Shown piece after piece: positions 41,027 through 50,473 of a DNA stretch of 64,000 nucleotides; position 1 is the stretch's first letter; each line of letters starts with the position of its first letter. The DNA lies in the NCBI GenBank assembly GCA_025594325.1, contig JANHCV010000005.1, positions 372,001 to 436,000 of the forward strand, read 5' to 3'. Under the pieces are notes generated by a model. It worked only from the letters and a program-made list of their open reading frames with translations. It was not told where the DNA came from and ran no database searches. This stretch comes from Blastocladiella emersonii ATCC 22665. Its lineage: Eukaryota > Fungi > Blastocladiomycota. Made by a program: the position numbers and the translations under genes.

Positions 41027-42098
41027 CGGAAGCTCGAGTGGTTCCCGTTGGGGACGCGAACAGCGAGTTCCAGCGACCCGCTTACACAAAGACGACTGCA
41101 CCCGCCGCCACGTCTGGCGAATCAGCGCGGCGGAGCGAGGCGTCCATGTAAATAGTCCTGCCTGTAATACGATGTGGAAGACGTAGTAGATCTTGTCAAC
41201 CGAGTCCGCGGCGAGCGGCATGACGACGCGTCCGAGAAAGCTGACGCCAACCATGAACATAAACTCGAGGGCAGGCTTGGGATCTCGCTCGCGGCTGCGG
41301 ACAGCTGTCCGCGCACACATACGCTGTGCCCTTACCAGCGTGCATGCGGAGCTCATCCGAAGCCGCGAGCGCCGCGCCGAGAGTGTTGGTGACCTGTCCG
41401 AACCAACTGGGTGGGCGGCCGCGGCTCGCGGCGCTCTGCGTGACCATGGCCGTGGCCCGCGTCAGGAGCGCGCCGTCAGGCGACACGAACTGCAACGCAA
41501 AGAGGGCGGCGCAGAGCAGAGCCAGAGCTGCTCGTCAATATTGTAAAAGATCCACATTGCACAGATAGGCGGGACCATTGACACGGGCGGATCGCTCCCA
41601 CGACACACGTTCGTTCAAAATGGCGGTCCTCACTCACTATAATCCACGCTCATAAGGCCTCGCAAGTCGCTCAGAGTGCAATCGTTAAACTCGCGCCCGC
41701 ATCTGTCAAGGAGCCCGTGCTAGCGGCTCCCAGGTGAACCGCGTCGTTTAAGGATGTGCACCGAACACGGGCGCCGTTTTCCAACACACGCGCCAGGCAC
41801 GGACTCCGCCGGCGGCTTGCCGCGCTTCTGCATCTCTCACGCGTTCATGTGCTCGGAGTCTCGCGTGCCTGGTCGAGGATCGGCGCAAAGCGATCCGCTC
41901 GACCATCGCAAACCGCGTTGACCGTCGCGTTCCCGCAGGTTAGGCCGAAGCAGGTCACGTGCACGGCCAGGACGCGTTGCGCCACACCGGTCAGATGACA
42001 AACGACGCGTCTGTCACGCGTTTTTTGAGACGCTCACGTGGGCCCCGCTCACGTGAGCGTCGGCACCCTACCCGGCCGCGATGCGGTCTCAAAAGAGG

Positions 42099-45070
42099 GC
42101 ATCACCAAACCGCGCCGGACCCGCCAAGTCGATCCAGAGTCGATCGACTTGTTTTCGTGCGACATGGCCAAGAAAATCGATCCACACGTTGAATGAGTAT
42201 CGATCGCCGTGAGCTCAAGTCATTCGACCTGTTGATCGACTTTCTTGCCATTCGACCTATGTACATGATTGATCGATCAAGTTAAAAGCTTGTCGAACGA
42301 CTCATCGAACGAGTGTGGATCGAGATATGCCCCGCGCCGATTGATATAATGCCAATCTGTCCCAGCAGAATGTCAGACAAGTGGTCGAGCGGCGCGAGAC
42401 GTGCCTCAAATGACGTCTCCACTCGCGCCGATTGAGTTCCAGCTAATTTGCAGCTCCGAATCAACTGATGAGAATGAGCTATCCGTTAAGTAGCGCACCG
42501 ACTTTGCACTGTATCGCCATGCTCAGGCTCGTGCGCTTCCAGCACGTTGCCAAACGTCGGGTTCGCGCCTTCGGGATCGCGGCGGTCCACAAAGTCAAGA
42601 AAGTTGGAGATCTGCGGCATCATGAGCAGCGTGAGGCTCGCGTCGTCGTCGTACACGGCGATGAGGTACTCGGTGTACCCGCCCTAGTGCGCCAACGAGG
42701 GGCGGTTCCCGTTCGGCGCGACGGGAAGGAAGGCCGAGATGGCCGACAGCGGCACGATGTGGATGGAACTCACACGTGGCGGGCTGCGTGGGACAGAGAG
42801 GAAACGTCTGCACGACGTAGAGGCCCGGCGGAACAACGTGCGGCACCGACTGGTACAGGTGGAAATGCTCAACGACCGTGCTTTCGAGCTGCATGCCGTC
42901 CAACTCCAGGTTGACAAGCCAGGTGCGCGTTTCCGCTCGACCAAGCGCGACGGAGGGCAACAACGCGCTCAAAACACCTCACTTGCGACTCATAAAGCTT
43001 CAAGATGTGAGAGCCCTCACGACCGCCGTGACGACCTTCTCCACGCGAGAGGAGCGCCGCGGCGCGGCTTGCTTGCCAACCAGGTCTGTATCGACCAAAT
43101 TGCAGAGCTCACGGCGCAGCCACATGCTTGCAGCAAGTAATTCATGGATCAGTCATAGGTGCGACGTCGTGGTGCTGTCGCCAGGAGGAGAGAGCGCCGC
43201 TGCAGCGAAGGGAGGAGCGAAACGCGTCGAAGCAAACGTCACGTGAGCGCGCCGCTCGGTTCAGCCGCGTTCCCTTTTGCGGACTCTGCGCCGCGGCGAC
43301 TCGCGCTCCCTCATCCGGCGTCGATCCTGAACAAGGTCGTGACAAGGTACGTGGTGTGCGACTCGGTCTACCTCTCCTGTGGACCGAGACTAACACGTTC
43401 GCGGCCGCCATGAGTAGGGCACCGAGTACGCCAAGCAGCGGCAAGTGGGCTGACCCTCACCTGCGGCGTCAACTCGCGCACGACGCGCCCAAGCCCGCAA
43501 GGTATAGTCCTTCTCCTTCGCGTTCTCGGCGCGATTCGCACTGCGTGCGGGCACCGCCGAGCTTCGAGTTCCCGAGCGGTCTCGCTCGTGTCGTCCGTCG
43601 GCGCGGGTCCCGGCGACGTGGCTCGCGTGCTCGCGTCGATCGGACTCTTCGCCTGACCTGACTTTTTTGCTCACTTGTCTCCGCCACGTCGCCCATAGCC
43701 TCGGTCAACGACAACAAACCTCAACTGTGATCAAGAACACGCTGCGAGGTCTCGCTGCTCGGGTCGTCGCTGGCCTCAAGCACGCGCTCGGCTGCGCGTG
43801 CGAGTCCCAGTTCGAGGCATGCGACTCGGTCGGCGTCCTCGCGGACCAACACTGACACGGCCGGCTCGAGTAGGTCACCAAGTACACCACGCTGCAGCGG
43901 CAAGGTCCGCCTCGTCGTCCGCCCTCGCGGCACGCCCGAGGTCATGCGGTACGGGCTCCACCCCTTTTGTACTCGTCGTGATTAATCGCCCGGCACGTCG
44001 GCGCTGTCCGGTTCTACCGCACGCGAGCTGGTGCGCTCGGGTTCTGACCTGGTGCCTGCCGACACGACCCGCTCGCCCAACACCTTCTTGATCATCGGTC
44101 ACTCGTCGCCGCCACGTCACCCATAGGCTCGATTTACCACGACAAGCTGCTGCGGGGCTCGCCCACCGACTGACTGGTCGGCGCTGCCCTCGAGCCCGCA
44201 CTCGGCCGCGTACTTGTTCATGGTCAAGGTCTGCGACCCGGTCCGACCTTCCTGTATCCCGACTCCTGGTTGACCATTACGCATTCGCAGTAGCTGAACA
44301 AGCCGGGCTCCTGCTGCACTCGCTGTCGAGTCGGGTTGCGTTCACGGCCGGGTCAAGAACTCGGACTCACGCTGACGTACGAGATCACCTCGGTCCCTGC
44401 GCGTCCCCACCACCTGCTGCTCGAGTACCTCCTCAAGTCAACCAGCTGCACCGCCCGCCGCTGCCCTCGCCGACCGCCTTCAAGGTCCACCTGCTCGAGT
44501 CGGCCGTCGAACAGCTCAAGTCCGTCCATCAACAACGCGAGCAGTCAAGAAGCAGGACTGACGGCGACCGCGGCCAAGGCGACGGGGCTCGCGACATGCG
44601 CTGCGGCCGGCCTCCCGCGTGCGAGCCAACGCGACGCTCGTCGCACGCACGGGGGGTCGCCGACCAAGCTGCGGCCTTCGTCGTCGGCTCTTCCTGTCCC
44701 TCCCACCTCATCCTGCGCGTGCGGCCGCGTATATATATCAAATTGCGTCTCATTCGGTGTGTCGTTCAAGGTCAGGACTGGGTCATGCGAGTGATCGTTC
44801 GACGTTTGCAGCGGACCCGATCAACATGTTACTTTTATCAATCGGGCGGGAAAAGATCTCGTTCGATAGTTGTTCGAGTGGTCACAGGTCACACGACGCG
44901 TCGTTCAAGTGCACGTGCAAACTTGATCGACGCGTCAGATCGATCAAAGGGTCAATCGGAAAAGTAACATATCGGGTCGACGTCAATCTCCTTGCACTGG
45001 GTCCGACCCATTCAAAGGGTGGATCGATGGTCGATCGATTTTATTTGACTGGGGTGCGGTTTGGTGATGC
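42099..45070. mobile_element. Mirror copy of decayed TIR element A
   Basis: Mirror of 7512-10483; both observed arm-to-arm SNPs lie in it. Confidence 0.5.
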
Positions 45071-46084
45071 GGCTTTAGCCCTCGATTTTTCTCTTCTTGT
45101 CGCCGCGAGCCTGAGACTAAAATGCACCACCAACGAAGCTCCTTTTGTCGCTAAACGAGCTTATCCCCTCATTAATTCGCAAATACCAGAAACCTTGCAT
45201 GCTGACCAGCAGGTGGTTGCGCGTCCCATGCGCCATGGGCCGCGTCGTGCGGCGGCGCTGAGCATTGACAACAACGCCATGCGCAAGCTTCACGCGCGAG
45301 AGCGGATTCCAATCCCTACACACTACACAGAACGATCGTGGAATTGAGCGCGGCTGGCTCGCAAGTACAGAGTCGCGCCATCTACGACCATGAAGGCCGT
45401 CTTGAACCCTTGAACCGCACCAATACCCTGAGACACGGAATGACAAGCCCGGGCCTCACGCACGTTGGACACCTACGCATCAAACGGGTCTAAAAAAAGA
45501 AGAAGGCGCTTGGCTTGGGGTGCAGAGCGGCCTGGATCGCGGACCAGGTCGCTCGTGGTTCGCCGCCAAACCCCCCTTTCAGCACATGCTCATGTTTGCT
45601 GCGCTCGCGGACAAGGCGATCGAGGAACGCACGCTAGCCCCTTGGTTCGGCCCAGTGTACTCGAAAGCGCTCAGGACTCGCACGCCTGGCCACAAATTGG
45701 ACAAAGGCGCACGTTCCCTCGCGGCCCACGCGCGCGCGCTCCGTGGCGCGGGCCCCTACCCCTCGATTGAAAACCAAGCGCAATGTGGTTCAGGTTGGCT
45801 CCAAGTCATTTTGACAAAACCGCGAGTGTAATTGTGCGTGACCAAGATTGCCGAAAACGGGCTGCAATCACGCCTCGCGCCTCGCGCGCTCGGCTTGTTC
45901 GAAAGAACGCGGTCAGGTGAAATGAAACTCGCGTGGCGGCAGCAGCGAGACGCGTTTTCTGAGGGACGCGTCGCTCTCGCCGTCATCGCCTCCACGGGCC
46001 CAGGCAGGCAGGAGAGCAAACGAACGATACCAGTTGCGAAATATGAGAGGCATGTATTTTAGTCTAACGCGAGCAACAACGTGT

Positions 46085-47656
46085 TCACGGCCGCGTGAGG
46101 TGCGCCCAAATGACGTGGTACACGTCCTCGGCCGCGATACTGCTCTGCTCGCCGACCCCACTCCCACCACGACCCGCCGCACCCGCCACAAAATCGCCGC
46201 GCCGCTTGGTCGCGAGCACGGGCCAGTACCTGCGGTCGAGCCCGCGCGTGGCGCCATGCGACCCGCCAATGCGGTGCGCGTCGAACCGGGTCCCGTCGAC
46301 AATGGTGCGGATGCGCAGCGCGTACACGAGCAGCGCCTTGAACACGAGGTACGTGAACCCGAGGACCGGCGACGTGAACGCGTAGAACATTTCGACCGGG
46401 TCGTACCCGGGCTTGCGGTGGATGTTGATCGTGTACGCGAAGTCGGGCGCCGCGTCGGGCGACGTCCAGTAGTAGTACGTGAACCACGCGTCGTGGTCGG
46501 CGACCACCACGAGGTCGCCCGTGCGGGACTCGGTTTTCCCGCAAAAATGGTGGTCGGACGTGCGCACACGCCCACTGCTCGGGTCATAGTACCGGTCGAC
46601 CTCGCCCAAATCGCGCCGCAGCACCTGCGCGACGCCGGGCACCGCGAGCAGCACCTCGCGCGCGGCCTCGACCGCCGCCGCGTGGCCCGCGCTCACATTC
46701 CCGTTACCGAGCGGTGGATCGGCCGACTGGTCGTTGACGTAGACGTGCGCGACCTGGTGGTCCGGGATCGCAAACGCGCGCGACGCGTACGGGTCGAGCG
46801 TCTCGCCGCCGTTCTCAGCGCGCACTCCGACGAAACCGGCCTCGCGCAGCACGCGGTTGATGTGCACGGGCCGCGACACGGGCTGGATCCCGTACTCGCT
46901 GAGGATGATGATGCGCGTTTCGGGGTTCGTAGTCTCGTAGTGGGCGACGAGCCGCGCCACCTCGGCGTCGACGGCGCGCAGGTCCGCGAGGACCGCCGGG
47001 TGCCGCGGGTCCGGACCGACCTTTTGCAGCGTGTAGTCGAGGTGCGGCAGGTACACGACCGAGAAGGTCGGGTCGTACTGGCGGTCGACCCGGATGGTCG
47101 CGTCGACGATCCACTGCGTCGACGCAATGGACGCGCCGGGGCCCCAGAACTTGTGCAGCGGGAACGTGCCCAATCCACCTCTGGCGGGAGGGGACTGCAG
47201 CGAGTGCCGCAGCGACTCGGGCTTGGTCCAGATATCGGCCGCCTTGCCGCCGTCGGCCAGGTACTGCGGGCGCGGCGTGATGGCGTAGTCGAGGAACCGG
47301 TCGCCCATCGGGAACCACCAGCAATTCGAAAACGTGGTGGCGCGCGGGTCGGCCTCCTTGACGCGCTGGAACAGGCGCGGCGACCGCACGAGCCCCGCCG
47401 ACTGGTGCCAGTTGCGGTGCTCGCCGTACAAACGGTCGTACAGGTTGTTGCCCGTCACGCCGTGCTCGCCGACGCCGACGCCTGTCAGGTACGTGGTCTG
47501 CGCCGAGCACGTCACGGCCGGGAAGGTGGGCGAGATGTCGACCGCAGTGTTCTCGAAGTACTCGGCGAGGAACGGCGTCGCGTCCGGCGTCACCAGGTCC
47601 CGCGTCAACGCAACCACGTCGATCACCACCGTCTTGTGCAGCTTGGTCTCGTTCAT
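46085..47656 (-). CDS. Second copy of the EboF-like phosphodiesterase
   Basis: Translation identical to 4926-6497. Only 33 bp of upstream sequence is shared with the left copy. Confidence 0.85.
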   Translation of the reverse strand: MNETKLHKTVVIDVVALTRDLVTPDATPFLAEYFENTAVDISPTFPAVTCSAQTTYLTGVGVGEHGVTGNNLYDRLYGEHRNWHQSAGLVRSPRLFQRVKEADPRATTFSNCWWFPMGDRFLDYAITPRPQYLADGGKAADIWTKPESLRHSLQSPPARGGLGTFPLHKFWGPGASIASTQWIVDATIRVDRQYDPTFSVVYLPHLDYTLQKVGPDPRHPAVLADLRAVDAEVARLVAHYETTNPETRIIILSEYGIQPVSRPVHINRVLREAGFVGVRAENGGETLDPYASRAFAIPDHQVAHVYVNDQSADPPLGNGNVSAGHAAAVEAAREVLLAVPGVAQVLRRDLGEVDRYYDPSSGRVRTSDHHFCGKTESRTGDLVVVADHDAWFTYYYWTSPDAAPDFAYTINIHRKPGYDPVEMFYAFTSPVLGFTYLVFKALLVYALRIRTIVDGTRFDAHRIGGSHGATRGLDRRYWPVLATKRRGDFVAGAAGRGGSGVGEQSSIAAEDVYHVIWAHLTRP

Positions 47657-47801
47657 CAGTTTACGTTGCTATTTAACTGTGCGGTGGAGGGAGAGGACCG
47701 GCAGCGCGCCCTCGCCGAGCTTTGGTCGACTTCACCGCACCCCACCGTACGGCAAAACAAGCGCGGTTCGGAAAATTACGTGTATTCACAAGCTGCTGCG
47801 A

Positions 47802-50048
47802 TCACGGGCCGACTGCGCCCGCTGGCCGCAGCTGTCGGTAGCACTCGAGACTGCACGCGTACGCGTACGGCTTCGCGGCCGCCGCCGCGGCGGGCTCGGA
47901 TACGGCCATCTTGTACTTGAACTCGGCCGTGCACCCAGCGCGGTCGCACCGCGGTTTCTCCTTGCTTGGCGGCTCGCGGGGTGCGCCGCCGGGGAAGACC
48001 TCGTCGAGTTCCATGCCAATGGGGAGGGCGAGGAGGGCGCGGACGTGGCGTGTTGGTGGTCCCAGCTCGGCGTCACCCGTAGCAGCGGTGGCGACGGGGA
48101 CCGTGACGACGCTGGTGCCGACGGTGCGAACGACGTAGCGGAGCGAGGCCTGGGCGCGGATGAGGTCGGCGGCGGCGCGTTCCTCGGCGGCGCGCTCCTC
48201 GACCTGCTCGGCGCGGGTCTTGCGCGAGGCCTGCTTCTTGAGGAGGCGGTGGATGGTCGCGTCCTTGGCGTCCTCGGCCTTTTGCTGGCTCTGCAGCTTG
48301 CGGCGGCGCTGCTGCTCGGACCGCCGCAGCGCATCCTCTTCCTCGGTGCGCTGAACCTTGCGCCTGGTGCGCGACGAGAAGAGGGCTACACGAAGGAATG
48401 TCAGCGACGCGGTTGGTGGATCGGATACGAGTGCAGTACCATCGAGCGCGTCGAGATCCATCTCGTTGCCGGCCTCCTGGGCGCGCTGCGCGCGCTGGCG
48501 GATCGTGTTTTTGCTGCGGTCGCGGGCGAGGTCGGCCTCGGCGGCGAGGTGGCGGAGGAACTCGTCGTCGTCCATGTCGTCCTCCTGCTCGAGCGTGGCG
48601 GCCTCGCCATCGTTCTCCTCCTCCTCCTCCCCGTCCACGTCGACGTCCATGTCCTGCCCCTCGATATCGACCTCGTCGCCCTCGGGTCCGTCATCGTCGG
48701 CAGCGAGCGAGCTGGTCATGGCTTCGTGGTCGAGGTCCATGTCCTCGAACTCGGGCTCGGCGGGCGGCTCGTCGTCCTCGGGGACCGGCGCGGCCTTGGC
48801 GCGGGACGCGGTGGCGCGGCGCTTCGATTTCGGGGCAGCGGCGGCCTTCTTGGGTTTCGCCTTGCCCTTGCCCTTGGCGACGGCGGGGGCGGGAGCTGGG
48901 ACGTGTTCGCTCGCGTCGTCGTCGGCGTCGTCGTGGACTAGTTCGTCGGTCTGCTCGGCCGCCTCCTCCTCCTGGGCCACGGCAGCGGCGGCGGCAGCAG
49001 CGGCGGCAGCAGCGGCGGCAGCGGCAGAGCGAGACGCACGCCGACCAATCGAAGCAGCTGGCACAGCCGGTGCGGGTACGGCCTTCTTGGCGGCAGCCGC
49101 GCCGCGCGTGCGTTTCGCTGGTGCAGCAGCAGCAGCGGCGGGCAGCGGCGTGTCGATCTGGACGACGACCGAGTCGAAGACGAGCTTAGCGGGCGGGCGG
49201 ACCTTGCGCGTCGACGTGCGGGTCGTAACAGCGCTGGTGACGGGCGGCGGGACGGGCGACGCCGACTCGTCTTGGCCGGGTGTGGACGCGGGTGGGCCCG
49301 ACGATGCGTCGGCCCACGAGTTGGCGTCGCGCGACGTGTCGTCGGCTTCTTCATCGGCGTGGGCGAGCTCGTCCTCGTCCGAGTTGTCGGCGTAGTCGGC
49401 AAACGAGCGGGGCACGGTGGCGCGGGCCGAGCGGCGGCGGGGCGGGGTCACGACAGCGGCAGTGGGGGCCGCATTCCGAGTAGAAGTGCGGCGGGTCGAT
49501 GCGCGCTGCGGCGGCGACGCGACCAGCTCGTCCTCCTCCTCGACCGCGTCCTCCTCGACGGGCGGCGGCGCGGTGCGCGTGGTACGGCGGCGCTTGGCGG
49601 GCGACTCGGCGCCGGTCGCTGGAGCCGCGGCGGCGGCGCGCTTGGGCTTCGCAGCGCGCACCGACGCAGCAGCCGCCGCGGCCTCCTCGCGCGCAGCGGC
49701 AGCCATCTCGGCCTTTTCGCGCTTGCTGAGGAACATTTCGCGGCGCGCGGCGGACGCTGAGGGAGCGGCGGCGCCGCCGTCGTTGTCCGAGTCCTCGGCC
49801 GAGAAGATGGATGCGTTGAGGAGCAGCGACTGCGCCTGCGGCTGCGGGGCGGTCGGCGATCCCACGGGGCCAGTGCTGGTGGATGCGGACGGGCTGCCCG
49901 TGGCGCTGTCGGGGCTCACAATGTCGCTGTTGCGCCGGCCGCGGACGCGCGCCGACATGCGCACGGGCGGAGGGGGCGGCGCGGAAGATGCGGTGAGGGT
50001 GCTCGCGCGCGCGGAGCGGCGGCGCGCGGGCGCGGTGTCGTCGGTCAT
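47802..50048 (-). CDS. IES2: INO80 complex subunit B / Ies2-like (PAPA-1 domain + HIT-type Zn finger)
   Basis: Long low-complexity N-terminus, then 'TEEEDALRRSEQQRRRKLQSQQKAEDAKDATIHRLLKKQAS' (PAPA-1-like) and C-terminal 'CDRAGC...KY...YACSLECYRQL'. Probable 54-nt intron at 48386-48439. Confidence 0.78.
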   Translation of the reverse strand: MTDDTAPARRRSARASTLTASSAPPPPPVRMSARVRGRRNSDIVSPDSATGSPSASTSTGPVGSPTAPQPQAQSLLLNASIFSAEDSDNDGGAAAPSASAARREMFLSKREKAEMAAAAREEAAAAAASVRAAKPKRAAAAAPATGAESPAKRRRTTRTAPPPVEEDAVEEEDELVASPPQRASTRRTSTRNAAPTAAVVTPPRRRSARATVPRSFADYADNSDEDELAHADEEADDTSRDANSWADASSGPPASTPGQDESASPVPPPVTSAVTTRTSTRKVRPPAKLVFDSVVVQIDTPLPAAAAAAPAKRTRGAAAAKKAVPAPAVPAASIGRRASRSAAAAAAAAAAAAAAAVAQEEEAAEQTDELVHDDADDDASEHVPAPAPAVAKGKGKAKPKKAAAAPKSKRRATASRAKAAPVPEDDEPPAEPEFEDMDLDHEAMTSSLAADDDGPEGDEVDIEGQDMDVDVDGEEEEENDGEAATLEQEDDMDDDEFLRHLAAEADLARDRSKNTIRQRAQRAQEAGNEMDLDALDGTALVSDPPTASLTFLRVALFSSRTRRKVQRTEEEDALRRSEQQRRRKLQSQQKAEDAKDATIHRLLKKQASRKTRAEQVEERAAEERAAADLIRAQASLRYVVRTVGTSVVTVPVATAATGDAELGPPTRHVRALLALPIGMELDEVFPGGAPREPPSKEKPRCDRAGCTAEFKYKMAVSEPAAAAAAKPYAYACSLECYRQLRPAGAVGP

Positions 50049-50473
50049 GGTAGAGATGCGTTGCAGATGGTGGTGTGCGCGGGTCAGCGCGGATGCATGT
50101 ACGATGAGAGGTCGAGAGAGAGAGCAGGAGAGAGGGGGCGAAGGCGATCGCGACGAGAAACAGGAACGCGGGCGTACACGTGCCCCGCGCCGCGCTATAC
50201 GCGGCGTAATATATCAGCCCGCCGTGGGGGCACGGTCCGGCGAATGCATGGCATCACGGCGCACACGACGCGCAACCGCTTGGTGCAACGCGGATCTGTA
50301 AGCCGGAATAGAACGCTGCAGCGGCCGTCTCGAACGTCGCCGTCGCCGTCGCCGCCGCCGCCGCCGACCTGCCCTCTCCTTCCCCCCGCTTGCTCGACGT
50401 GCTGCGGCCGCTCCTCCCGTGCGCGCCACCACGCCCGCCCGGAGCTCTGCCCGCCCGCTTGTGCGACCTGCAC

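Larger units (their letters stand above)
37988..42024. mobile_element. Mirror copy of decayed TIR element B
   Basis: Mirror of 10558-14594. Confidence 0.55.
28165..47689 (-). repeat. Right arm of the 19,525-bp inverted duplication
   Basis: Reverse complement of 4893-24417. Differences seen at 42916 (mirror of 9666) and 43570 (mirror of 9012). Confidence 0.97.
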
